From NCBI GenBank assembly GCA_040954595.2, contig CM082597.2, positions 6,969,849-7,033,848 on the forward strand: a stretch of DNA of 64,000 bases, read 5' to 3'. Positions 12,726 through 26,600 of the stretch are shown here, piece after piece. Both the position numbers and the translations under genes were made by a program. This stretch comes from Balanoglossus misakiensis (Eukaryota > Animalia > Hemichordata). The notes beneath the pieces were generated by a model. The model searched no databases and was not told the origin of the DNA. It saw nothing but the letters and a program-made list of their open reading frames with translations. Each line of letters opens with the position of its first letter. Positions within the stretch are counted from its first letter, which is position 1.

Positions 12726-15700
12726 GTAACAGCTGTTCAAATAATATAAACAACCTGATAGTTTGTGCCATCATTGCATCATAACATGTTTTTGTAATGA
12801 TGCTGACTTTGGACAGACATGACAGAGCTCGAACACATCTACACACATTCTCTATTGAGAAAACTCTTGAATAGGATTGTGTTTCAGAGAACAGATAACC
12901 AGGGTGTTGAATTGTCAGTGACTTCAATTCAGATGTGTCTGATAGACCACAACAGATTTGTCTCTGCAATTCAGTCAAAGCACTGTTCTCTTCTAGCAAG
13001 ATAGATTCCACCTCAGTGACATCACACGTCTGTTCAATATAACAGTACAGTTTAGTGTCTGTTTTGACATTGACATACTTTAATTTACATTCACTCTTAG
13101 TTTTGGTGTTGTCGTTGAAAGTCATGAAAGGGAAATATGTACTCTTGAAAGTGTCAGGGGAAATCAAGGCGGGGAAATGTGTAGCCTTTAAATTGTCAAG
13201 ATAGGCTAAATCTAAATCATATTTCAATGCAAATGGAAGTTTGATGATTTTGGATGAGTTGCTGCATCTTCCATATGCAGTTAAGTGGTCACCTACAAAC
13301 TCCAATTGACGAATAACCATGCCAGCAACCACAAATCTATTAATTGCTGCTGATATTCTATGAGCACCAGATATCATACGATATGGCAGGACAAATGTTT
13401 CAACATGTCGACAATCTTGAACAATATTGCAAAAGTCCTTTGCAAAGCTATAATCGCCAATGCACCCTGAAACATAGGTAAAAGTATGGGCATTCACTGG
13501 AGCCAAACTATGTAATATTTGTTGACTGCAAGGCCAGGACAATTCCCGCCGATTATCACAAAATCTGACATTGTTGAACCTATATAAATCTGAAAAGGCC
13601 AATATGAATTGTGTCACAACACCAAAGTTCCCCCAACAGAATTTGCAGGAACATAGAGATATCTGTGCATCTAAAGAAATGCTCTCCTCGTCTGTCGACA
13701 GACATTCACAAAGTACTTGATGAAGTCCGACGGGGTCACAACTTAATTTACAAAAATCAATTACAATTTCATGATTTTCAATCTTGGCAATAATCTGGCA
13801 GTTAGGTTTTGAGCAGAGTGTACAGTCCCCCTGGCAACTAGGTTTTAAGTGCACATGTTTTGGTGTATGGGGTTGACATTTCTTCATCAAACCATGTATA
13901 GTTTTGATGAAATCTAACTTGACATATCGTACTGCCAAACTAACTTCTTTGGCTCTAAATTTGAGTAAGTCTGAGATTATGCCAGTGATACGACAATCAC
14001 TTTTACGAGTGAAATTGGTGTAACCATATGAAAATGACAACGACAGCTTATTAAATTCGACTGATATTGCATCTTTCACCATTGCTTTTACATCAGACTC
14101 AAGGTTCTCATCATTTAAGTTACATTTGACATCCATGTCCACTGAAACTCTGTCACTATCAATGGATTCATTCTGTAAAAATAACTGAAACTGATTAAGG
14201 AAATCTGCATTCTGTTTATACATCTTGTAACACAAGCTAGAAAACCTTTCAAGTTGAAACCTGGCAGTGAGATCTTGTTTACCCCTAAAGTTACTATTCT
14301 TACCAACTTCCAAAGAAAACGAACCGATTGATTTACTCTCACAGAGTGCTGTATGTAATTTGTTCAAGAATGCTGCTGGTACATTGCAGTAAGGTAATTT
14401 AATGTCAAGTTGTTTGGCTGTAATCTGTGATATGCATTCGACTATACCAGTGGTGTACATTATGTCATCTTTATGGCGGAGCTCTGAACTCACACTGGAG
14501 AAGTCCATTGACAACTTACAAAACTTTACCTTGGCCACTCTTCTGTGCATGTCCTGTATGTCAGAAATGTTCATGTCTTCCAAACTACCAGAATATGTGA
14601 TGTTCATGTCTAAAGTAACTTCATCATTATTTATAGATGCATACTCTGAAAGTGCTTGATAAACGCTCACAAAATCAAAACTCTTGCCATCTTGAAAGAA
14701 ATGGATTTTAAACTTTCCAAACTTGGCAGTGACAGTATCATCAATCTTTACATCTTTTTCTCTCTTGGTACCATCACAGCTGAATCCTACATCAACTGAC
14801 CTAATTGACCTACACTCACACAACACTGCATATGTAGTTTTCATGAATTCTATACTGTCCATTGGTAATCTTTCAATGACCAGATTGTTGGCAGTAGTCT
14901 GTGACAGACATTGGACTATACCTGCAAGACCCTTGATACTAGCAGAATCAGAACCTAATTGTCTTTCGGAGGTAGCAAAAATGCCAGTGAGATCAAATAA
15001 GTTCAGTGACAAAGTGTTAAACTTAAAACCAACTAAATTCACTCTTGCAAGCATAGCTTGTACAGCAGCTGCAGACTTGACCCTGAAATCACACTTAATT
15101 TCCATGTCTAGTTCAAGTTTATCATTACTCACATATGCATACACTAAAAGACAGTAATATAGTCTCACAATATCAAACATCATGTTACGTGTCTTGTAAC
15201 ATAAATTAAAATGTGCAAACCTTGCCTTAATACAAATTTCCTGGTTAATTTTTTTTAGCCCAATTGCATGATGTAACATTTTAGGCCAAAAAGGACCCCT
15301 GTTCCATTTCATACCTGCATCATCATAAAATTCAACATCAACTGACCAAAAAGACTTATTCTTACATAACTGAGTAAGTACAGCTTTTAAAAATTCCATG
15401 TCGCGAATCAGGAATCCTTCAATCACAATTTTTAGTTTGTTGGCAGTAATTTGTGATAGACATTGGATTATGGCAAAAAGAAAATATATAGCTACGGTGT
15501 TCAAAACATTGAATGTCAATGACAGATATTCAAAATCAACCAAAGAAACTTCTGCCAGCAAAGACTGTATATCAGACTTAATGTTCTTATTATTGATATT
15601 ATAACTGACTTCAATTTCCCGCCTAACTCTGTTAATCTTACCATATTGAGAAAGAAACTTGCACAGATCTGAAAAATCAAAATCCCTGGTATTTACAGTG

Positions 15701-18700
15701 TATTTGCCATTAAAGCAACTGTGCTTCCCCTCAACATCAAATGTACTTCTGTCAAAGGATCTGAAACTAGTTTGCCTTGACTGCTGGAAAGATTTGACTT
15801 CAATGGCAACTGATCCTAGAGACCGATTTCTACACAATGATTCATGTACAGCTTTTATAAATTCCATATCTCCGAAAGGTAACCCATTAATCACAAGATT
15901 GTTGGCAGTAATTTGTGACAGACATTGGACTACACCTCTAAGACCATGATAACTGAGCTCAGTATAATTCTTGAATTCCAATGCTAAATTATCAAATTCA
16001 ACTGATGTCACTCCTCTCAACAAAGTCTCCATGTCAGAATCAGTGTTCTCATCTTTAAAACCACATTTGATACCCACATCTAGAATAAGTTTCTCATTAT
16101 GAACAGATGCATACTGTGAAAACATCTCACACAAACTGGATAAATCAAAATTTAAAGTATCTATGCGGTAAAAGCTTTGAAAATGTCCAAATTTAGCTTT
16201 GATGTTTGGTTTATTCTGTGATTCCAAACCAGCATGCACATCAACTGACCCAAGAGACTTATTCCCACATAATGATGCATGTACATTTTTTATGAACTCA
16301 ATATTCCCTACAGGTAACCCTTTAATGACAAGCTTGTTGGCAGTAATCTGCGACAGACATTGGACCATACTTGTCAAAGAGTTGATGTCTGTAGTTTTAG
16401 AATCAGAAGATTTCAATGACAGATTATAACAATTATAATCAGCCATGATATCAAGTTGTGTTTTCCTGTGTTGTGGGGAATAAAAACTGACTAACACACT
16501 ATTTGTCAGGTTACTGCCTTCGTTAATGTTTACAAGTTTTAAAACCTCATAATGCTCAACAGGTAACCTATGAATGTCAAATCGTTCAGTGATCTTTGAC
16601 AAACCTTCGACTAGACACTTGACATTATGCAAATGAAAGCTTTTCATGTTTGAATTATCATAATTTGAAACAGTCACTTTAATCTCCACATGTTTTGGAC
16701 ATTTCAACTCTTCATCTCTAGCAGTAGTGGCATTTGTTTCAGAACATATTTCATTTATAAAATCAAAATTGGACACATACTTCAAAGTGACATCGGATTG
16801 ACTTATATCATATTTTATATTTATAGTCCATCTCCGGCGTATATCCCCCCTATGTTCAGTTTTGAATGAGTCAAAAATATTTCTGAATGTATCTGCTGTC
16901 AAAGAATTGGATGCAGACATCTCCAATGTGATGATTTCAGAACTGATATTTGGGCATTTCAAAAGCACTGTGTTGACATGTAGCATGTATTTGTCAGAAT
17001 GGTCATCCATGATGTCATTAAGGTCTATTGTCAGATATTTGGGTAAAAACTTAGAACAGTAAAATATTGTTTCCTCAGATTCACAACCACTTTCATACAA
17101 CATTGGCCTTGCATCAAAGGATTTATCTGAAAAAGACTTTCTCTCCCAAACCTTGAATACTTCACCAACATTGTTTTGCAAGTGACCACCAAGAAACTTC
17201 AACATTGCATCATTCCTAAGTAAATAATCTCCAATAACTGAAAATGCAACAGAATCTTCAAATTCTTTATGGTTACTAGTGCATAGATTGGAAATGTACA
17301 ATGAAGCAAAATATTCCTGAAATGTGAAATGATAAAAGTTATAGCTTGGAGGTCGAGAGGTTTTTGTCAGAAGTCCCAACTTCTGTAAGTGTGGATGATC
17401 TGAAATTTCTTTTTCACTGAAAGAATATTTACCAGACTTCAAAGCAGTATATGAGAGTTTACTTAAGTAGAGAATTTCATCCCTGATTTCATCACCCTTT
17501 GGATCAATAATGTTATCTTGTTTTTCACAGTATCGGTTTACAACATGATCAATTAACTTTTCATAAAGTCCTGTGATTGTGTGTGGTAGTTTCTTTGTTT
17601 TCATCCAAATATCACATAACATCAAAGTATTCAAAGGACTCTGCAAAAATCCATACAAAATGCTGTCGTGGATGGATGTCTTCAATTCATTGATAAAACT
17701 CTCAACTGTTTCTGGTGTTACAGTTTTATCCTTTGAAGACATTGCATTTATATGCTTTTTAATAAAAGCTTCTGCATTCTCTGTATCAAAACCCTTAATC
17801 AACAATTGTCTCTCATACATCTGTTTGGAGTTCTTGTCCCTGATTTTCCGAGATGTTACAATTACTGGGCAGTCAGGCAGCAGTTGTCGTTTTTCTCGGA
17901 TCATTTCCTTAAAGTACACTGGGAGATCATCAATACTGACTTCATCAAGTCCATCAAAGACAAAACACACTTGTGATTGATTGCTTTCAACAAAACTCCA
18001 TATCTCATCTGCTCCTTCAACATTTTGTAACAAGCAATCAAAAACTGCATCTTTAAGACCTTTTTTCTGATTATTTTCTGAATGGTATTTATGTAGATCT
18101 TTCAATTCAAAATGAAAAAGAAGCTTGAAACAATTGAGAAAATTTACATTGCCGTTTGCCCAATCATATGCCAACTTTTTACAAAGAGTTGACTTACCAT
18201 ACCCTGGATCACCTTCTATTAAAATTCGTCTTGGATTTTCACATTCATTACATGGTGAGAATAATTCTTTGATTGCAAAATCTCTCAAATGTCCATCTTT
18301 GGTTTGTAATTCTAATTCAATGTAGATATCTTCAAGTTTCAATCTCTCTGTTCCATCCCACCATGGTAAGGGGAGAATGTTGGACTGTCTCTTGTAGTAT
18401 TCTTGCAACTTTTGTTGGCACTTGATGACAACATCTGAAATTATTATCATTGAATATTTCTGTATTACTGATCACATTAACCAAAGTATCATGGAGCAAC
18501 AGCCAACAATTCATCACATGTGATTTTTGAGCGTTTTATTTGAATGAAATGGCCCCTCAACATCTTTGAACATCATTAAAGTGATTCCTGATAAAAAAAA
18601 TTCAAGCACTGATAACAAAATGATGGATGGGCTCAGATGTCTTTTTATGATTGAGACCAGGAAATATAATTCTGTCACCCACTTCATTTTATAAAGGACT

Positions 18701-20678
18701 AATTTCAACAAGGAAAACAATAGTTTTGGATCAAACCGTAGTGGTGAAAGGGTTCAACCAATTCATGGTGAGAAACTTACCTGGTGTGGTTTTCATGGTT
18801 GGCATGTTGAAGAATGGAGTCTCAGAAGTGCTGGGTTGGTCACCCTGTTGAGAATCTATCAAAATAAAAAAAATAATGTATAACAACTCTTTAATAATCA
18901 TTTCTCTTCTTTGACACAAATTAACCCATTCATTGCAGCTGTTGTAAATAAAAAACACTGCTACATTTATAAGCAGTAGTTACAGGTAAAACCAAATATA
19001 GAATTTATTATCGAACATTGACATACGTACTATTCAAATCTTGTACCTTTTTTGGACTATAATTTCTCCACATCTTTTCCACTGGTGCGGAAAATTTGAA
19101 CACTAGTAGATGATAATTTCAAAAGTAAGTTTACCTGCGGTTGTAGTGTCCTCAACAGCTGGATCAGTTTGTTGCCTAGGTGAAGGTGACTGTTGTCTTG
19201 ATGTCAAGGGATAATGTGCATGTTTGTCTATGTGGTGTTGTATACTTGTGGTTTCACCTTCTGGATCTTTCATCATTGTCTTCATCTCTATCTGTGTTGC
19301 AGCTGAACTAACTGCACTGCTAGCAGCAACATCACTGACATATGAGATACCTGAAGCATGTGAAAAATCACATTGGTGCATTAATTTTGCGTGGAATTCT
19401 TTTTAAAGTATATTTCAATCTAATACTTTAAGCACTCAAAATTTCTTTGACCACTATTTCTTTTCAAAATTAAGTTTTTATTTCACCTCCATATGTTTGG
19501 CCACCAGGTCTTAAAATTAAATGATTGCATTCAAAACCTTATGAAGGATAACAAAACATTTCTGATGTTATGTTAATGAGGACATCATCTAAACATGACC
19601 CTTTGCTTTGTGAATGACACTTTTTTTTATAAAGGGTCAGATGAACTCAAAATGCATGCAGTGTGTTTCAGTCACTTTGACAGAGCTAAATATATAGGCT
19701 GCCTACATCACTTCATCTATTTTCGCACTGAAACTTGTGTTAGTGGCCACCTCTATATAGTGGCCTCTTTGTCCCTGAGCAAAGAACATTTGTGCATAAA
19801 AGCCAAGAAAGCCTTGATTGGCCTCTATAAATTTAATTCTGGTTGAACATTAAGGGTGATTCTGGTATTAAATGCAAATGTAAACTTGTTACTTAGTAAA
19901 TTATGCAAGTCCTTACCATAAGATCCTGTGGTTGATACTTGAGTTTTGGACTCTGCTTCTCTTGTCACTTCATCATATGGATAGTCTTTGTCAAACTTTT
20001 TCTCATATCGAACTTTTACATGCTTCGCTAAAATGTAAAGTCCGGCATTTTTCAAGAGCTGAATAAGAGTTTCAGGTTTATCCCTTGATAAATGTCCAAA
20101 TTTTAACAACGTTTCAAACAAAAGAAATGCACGTTTCTCTCTCAGAATTTCTTCCCTTTTAACTGCAGGTATTGAAGGATCCAATATAGCACCCAGTCCA
20201 TCAACCAATTTAATCAGGTCATCTTTAATGCATAAAAGAAAAGATTATACATTAAACATTTTCCGGAAATAATGCTCTCCTGAAATTCAATGTAACAGTT
20301 GCAATCACTGTCCAAAATTCAATAATATTGAAACTTTAAGACATGAAAAAGTTTCTTGACAAAATATCCCTTGTTAGCCGTATGGGATTATATCATGAAA
20401 CAGAATGACTTGGATACATGTATTAGTACAAGAAGTATGAATGATTCTGTGTGCGACCATGTATTCATACAGTATCCTTGTGCCAAGTTTGCATAAAAAT
20501 TAGTTCAGGCTTGTGTGAGTTATAATGTCTGTGGTCGCAGCCCTGCATGTTGATAGATAGATATCCATGAGTGTCTTCAAGTGTCACTGGAGTAAAAACA
20601 TTCACATGTACACTCACCACCTACAATATCATCTGCCAGCCTACTAAGATACACCTTAAACAGATCAAATCCTGCCAT
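12631..20678 (-). CDS. NLR/STAND protein: DED, low-complexity linker, NACHT, long C-terminal repeats; ~2153 aa
   Basis: Phase-1 exons 20678-20618, 20222-19917, 19350-19135, 18855-18781 and 18434-12631 (6462 nt). DED-like N-terminus MAGFDLFKVYLSRLADDIVGDDLIKL...IPAVKREEI...LLFETLLKFGHLSRDKPETLIQLLKNAG. NACHT motifs: Walker A ILIEGDPGYGKST, Walker B FVFDGLDEV, sensor 1 VIVTSR, SPLNTLMLC, and winged-helix FYHFTFQEYFASLY. Confidence 0.92.
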
Positions 20679-23600
20679 CTTTGGTTATATTTCCAGCTCA
20701 CTTCAGTGTGTGGAGTTCTTCAAAGTGTTAACAAAAGAACACATTATACATCTGTCACACCTATCAAAGAACAAATGAGTGTCAAATAATAATAAAAAAT
20801 TAGACCTGAATTGTTTACTATTGCTTTGATAATTCATAAGTTATATAAAATATAAAAAAATTGTTTACCAACATTGTCACATTATGGTAAATACATGTGA
20901 ATCGATTATGTGAATCAATAACTTTTTTTTATCAGCATTGAATTTGTCAACAATAACAGTGGCCCCATCACACACAAACATGCACACTGCATTTAACTGT
21001 GGTTTATTTGCAGTTTCACCCTGACAAATTTCACCTAACAATGTTCATGTAAACTTGTATTCACCCAGGAATGCTCTATGCCACTCTAGACCAATCACAG
21101 TCTGTCTACTTTACCAAATGATCACGCACCAATCAAATGTTTTGTTGCCAGTACCTTTAGGTGGAGTTCACCTATATCTGCCATCACCAATATATTTGAC
21201 GAGAACTGACTAGACTTTCAACACAAATATATGATACTTCCAGATTTCTGAGCGAGGCCTGTATAGTCTGTGAGTTTTCTTCAACAACCAATTATACAAG
21301 AATTGATAATGATTTCCCTCTAACAACACATATTTCTTCGTAATTTAGAATTTAGTACAAGGAAATAGAAATTCCATGAGTAACCTCAGATGACCTCTGC
21401 AATACCTCTGTGGTACTGTTTCACACAGGTGAACAATTACAAATAATCATAATTTTGCAGTGATATTGATTCTATTTTCAGTTATATCACGTTCTCATGC
21501 ACTTATTTACACTACCTATCCAAAATTATAGCGCTTAATTATGCAAAAAAAACCTGCAAAAAATCTCACTTACTTTTTATAGTGGATGCCGACATGAAAC
21601 TGCAGCACCACCACCCCAGTATAAAGAGTTAATCAATTATCATTAACATCAATAGTTAAAGATTTCTGAGACGCCCTTTACAGTTGGCACTACGTGCTAC
21701 TTGCTCACCAAAAACTTTGTCAGGAGAGCATTCAATTTAGTAAATAAGACATAAAATCAGGTCCAATATAATTAAAACAGTACTGGGCATGAACTCAGGC
21801 CTAGCTCGCCTAGACAAAAGTTTGGGTGAAAACATGACTAAAAGTTGATGCTTTAAAACGCTGTTTAAAACTTGAAGGTACCTGAAGTCCCACATAAACA
21901 GCTTTTAGGTAGAGCAGCGAGCTGGGACAATCTGTTTAGGCTGGTCACAAAGTAATAAAGTCCTACGGGTTAATGTTTAACAGTCTACGGGTAATTGGTT
22001 GGCATGTACATGATAAAAAACTTTGGCTCAGCGACATTCTGCACAGAGGTGACATACTGAACAGAGGCAACATTCTTCCTCGACTGGAAGCAAGTGTTTT
22101 CTTGATCTCCTGTAATTCTTGATAGGTATGAAAAATATATGCATGAGGAATCATTTAAATTGACTTGTTGAACATTTGTGCTTCAAAATTATAATTTAAG
22201 TGGTAAATCTATTAATTCTGGCTGTTCAGTGGTCACTTTAGGTTGACATATTAATATAGCTATACTTCCTTGTATCAAATTAGGGATCAGGAAAACACAC
22301 ATTTTAATAGAAGGGAAATATTATTGTTCGTAGTACTTTGGGTTGTTCAGCTACATTCTTAGACTAGGCTTGAATCATTACGAGTTCTGAAAGTAGTTTA
22401 AATTTGTGTTCAAACTTAACTCTCGCTCTCAGACCATTGCTTCAGTGACGCAGTACCAGTACTTAGCAAATTCACCCAACAATATAATGGTTGTATTCAG
22501 CCACTCCCTTGGTCCCTCCCTTGATCAGATCTATATGGACTTGTGGAAACTGAAACAATGGCAGTTCATTCGACTATTTAGTAAGAGACCAGTTGCTTCA
22601 GGTCAGTGGTTATGTATATAACTCCATATGGTTGTCTTTTTCTCAATAACCTACAGCCAAGGGTGTCGTAGAGTTTTGATAAAATGTTTTGTCCAATGTC
22701 ACATCATCAAATATGGGAGAACATTTTAATATCCCCAATGATGTACTTTGATTAGGTACATGTATATAGTTGTGAATTTCTCAAAAATGGAACATTTACA
22801 ATTTAAATGTTTAATTGATCCACAATCACACCACTCAAGTAATCACAAATTAATAAGAGTTACCATGGTGGCAGGGGTAGTGTAAGTGTGTGCCTTTCTT
22901 AATATGGAAGAGAATCCACAGTACCGGTAGTTGATGTTTTAAAATTCAGACGACAATCAATTAAATGATTTGTTTCCCTAGCCACAATAGCTGCCACGTT
23001 TAACATATGTTTAATCAGTAGAATTCTTCAGTCTTCTCCTTACCTTTAGTCAAGAAATGACACTATTTTGACTTTGTGGGGTTTTAAATACCCATGATAG
23101 TTTCGATCTCCTCTAATGGGCAATTGATACAAACATACAAACAAACAAATGTGATCATATTTGTAAACAAATTTTTCAAACATTTTTTTGTTTATTATAT
23201 CAATCAATAACATCAAACAAACAAACAAACATACACAATACAAACAGAGAGCTCTCACAGCCCACAGTTCACTACAGGCTCCTCACTGATTCCCCCTCAA
23301 CCGTTTAGCAAAGCCCCATATGAAGTTGTGTAGCGAACCTCTCGCCTGGTACACATGCAATCAGAGTATAAGCTTGCATGGACGAAGAGATGGGCTGTGT
23401 TATTGTAAGCCTAGCTGTCTTCAGTGGAAAGGTTTATGACACTGTAGACCAATCACAGTCTGTCTACTTTACCAAACGATCGCGGACCAATCAAATGTTT
23501 TGTTTCCAGTACCTTTTAGGTGGAGTACAGCTCTATCTGCCCACACCAATATGTTTCACGAGAACTGGCTAGACTTTCAACGCAAATATGTGATACTTCC

Positions 23601-26600
23601 AGATTTCTGAGCGAGGCCTGTATAGTCTGTGAATTTTCTTCAACAACCATTAATACAAGATTTGATAATGATTTCCCTCTAACAACACACATTTCTTCGT
23701 AATTTAGAATTTAGTACAAGGAAATAGAAATTCCATTCGTAACCTCAGATGACCTCTGCAATACATTTGTGGTACTGTTTCACACAGGTGAACAATTAAA
23801 AATAATCATAATTTTGCAGTGATTTTGGTTCTCTTTTCAATTTTATCACGTTTTCATGCACTTATTTACATTACCTATCCAAAATTATAGCGCTTAATTA
23901 TGCAAAAAAACCTGCAAAAACTCACTTACTTTTTATAGTGGATGACGACATGAAACTGCAGCACCACCACCCCAGTATAAAGAGTTAATCAATTATTATT
24001 AACATCAATAGTTAAAGATTTCTTAGACGCCCTTTACACTTGGCACTGCGTGCTACTTGCTCACCAAAAACTTTGTCAGGAGAGCATTCAATTTAGTAAA
24101 TAAGACATAAAATCAGGTCAAATATAATTAAAACAGTAATGGGCATGAACTCAGGCCTAGCTCGCCTAGACAACAGTTTGGGTGAAAACATGACTAAGAG
24201 TTGATGCTTTAAAACGCTGTTTAAAACTTGAAGGTACCTGAAGTCCCACATAAACAGCTGTCTGGTAGAGCAGCGAGCTGGGACAATCTGTTTAGGCTGG
24301 TCACAAAGTAATAAAGTCCTACAGGTTAATGTTTAACAGTCTACTGGTATTTGGCATGTACATGATAAAAAACTTTGGCTCAGCGACATTCTGCACAGAG
24401 GTAACATTCTGAACAGAGGCAACATTCTTTCTCGACTGGAAGTAAGTGTTTTCTTGATCTCCTGTAATTCTTGATAGGTATGAAAAATATATGCATGAGG
24501 AATCATTTAAATTGACTTGTTGAACATTTGTGCTTCAAAATTATAATTTAAGTGGTAAATCTACTAATTCTGGCTGTTCAGTGGTCACTTTAGGTTGACA
24601 TTTTAATATAGCTATACTTCCTTATAGCAAATTGGGGATCAGGAAAACGCACATTTTTAATAGAAGGGAAATATTATTGTTCGTAGTATTTTGGGTTGTT
24701 CAGCTAAATTCACAGACTAGGCTTGAATGATTATGAGTTCTGAAAGTAGTTTAAATTTGTGTTCAAACTTAACCCTCGCTCTCAGACCATTGCTTCAGTG
24801 ACGCAGTACCAGTACTTAGCAAATTCACCCAACAATATAATAGTCGTATTCAGCCACTGCCTTGGTCCCTCCCTTGATCAGATCTATATGGACTTGTGGA
24901 AACTGAAACAATGGCAGTTCATTGGACTATTTAGTAAGAGACCAGTTGCTTCAGGTCAGTGCATGGTTATGTATATTACTCCATATGGTTGTATTTTTCT
25001 CAATAACCTACAGCCAAGGGTGTCGTAGAGTTTTGTCCAATATGTCACATCATCAAATATGGGAGAAAATGTTAATATCCCCATCATGTTCTTTGATTAG
25101 GTACATGTATATAGTTGTGAATTATTCAAAAATGGAACATTTACAATTTAAATGTTTAATTGATCCACAATCACACCACTCAAGTAATCACAAATTATAG
25201 TTACCATGGTGGCAGGGGTAGTGTAAGTGTGTGCCTTTCTTAATATGGAAGAGAATCCACAGTACCGGTAGTTGATGATGTTTTAAAATTGGTGACAATC
25301 AGGAGGAATGTATAAACATTGAAATGATATTTGCCCACACCAATATATTTGACGAGAACTGACTAGACTTTCAACGCAAATATATGATACTTCCAGATTT
25401 CTGAGCGAGGCATGTATAGTCTGTGAATTTTCTTCAACAACCATTAATACAAGATTTGATAATGATTTCTCTCTAACAACACATATTTCTTCGTAATTTA
25501 GAATTTAGTATAAGGAAATAGAAATTCCATAAGTAACCTCAGATGACCTCTGCAATACCTCTGTGGTACTGTTTCACACAGGTGAACAATTAAAAATCCA
25601 TCAAAATTTTGCAGTCATCGATTCTGTTTTCAGTTATATCACGTTCTCATGCACTTATTTACACTACCTATCCAAAATTATAGCGCTTAATTATGCAAAA
25701 AAACCTGCAAAAACTCACTTACTTTTTATAGTGGATGACGACATGAAACTGCAGCACCACCACCACCCAGTATAAAGAGTTAATCAATTATTATTAACAT
25801 CAATAGTTAAACATTTCTGATACGCCCTTTACAGTTGGCACTACGTACGTGATACTTGCTCACCAACAACTTTGTCAGGAGAGCATTCAATTTAGTAAAT
25901 AAGACATAAAATCAGGTCCAATATAATTAAAACAGTACTGGGCATGAACTCAGGCCTAGCTCGCCTAGACAACAGTTTGGGTGAAAATATGACTAAAAGT
26001 TGATGCTTTAAAACGCTGTTTAAAACCTGAAGGTACCTGAAGTCCCACATAAACAGCTTTTAGGTAGAGCAGCGAGCTGGGACAATCTGTTTAGGCTGGT
26101 CACAAAGTAATAAAGGCCTACGGGGTTAATGTTTAACAGTCTACTGGTATTTGGCATGTACATGATAAAAAACTTTGGCTCAGCGACATTCTGCACAGAG
26201 GTAACATACTGAACAGAGGCAACATTCTTCCTCGACTGGAAGTAAGTATTTTCTTGATCTCCTGTAATTCTTGATAGGTGTGGAAAATATATGCATGAGG
26301 AATAATTTAAATTGACTTGTTGAACATTTTGCTTCAAATTTATAATTTAAGTGGTAAATCTACTAATTCTGGCTGTTCAGTGGTCACTTTGGGTTGACAT
26401 TTTAATATAGCTATACTTCCTTGTAGCAAATTAGAGATCAGGAAAACACACATTTTAATAGAAGGAAAATATTATTGTTCGTAGTACTTTGGGTTGTTCA
26501 GCTAAATTCTTAGACTAGGCTTGAATCATTACGAGTTCTGAAAGTAGTTTAAATTTGTGTTCAAACTTAACTCTCCCTCTCACACCATTTCTTCAGTGAC

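Noticed and set aside
12819-18325. Plus-strand ORFs with repeated LLAVICDRHW
   Set aside because: Antisense shadows of the NLR repeats.
18435-18450. ATG at 18450 as the NLR start
   Set aside because: It lies in the intron just before the phase-1 acceptor at 18435; upstream DED exons splice in frame.
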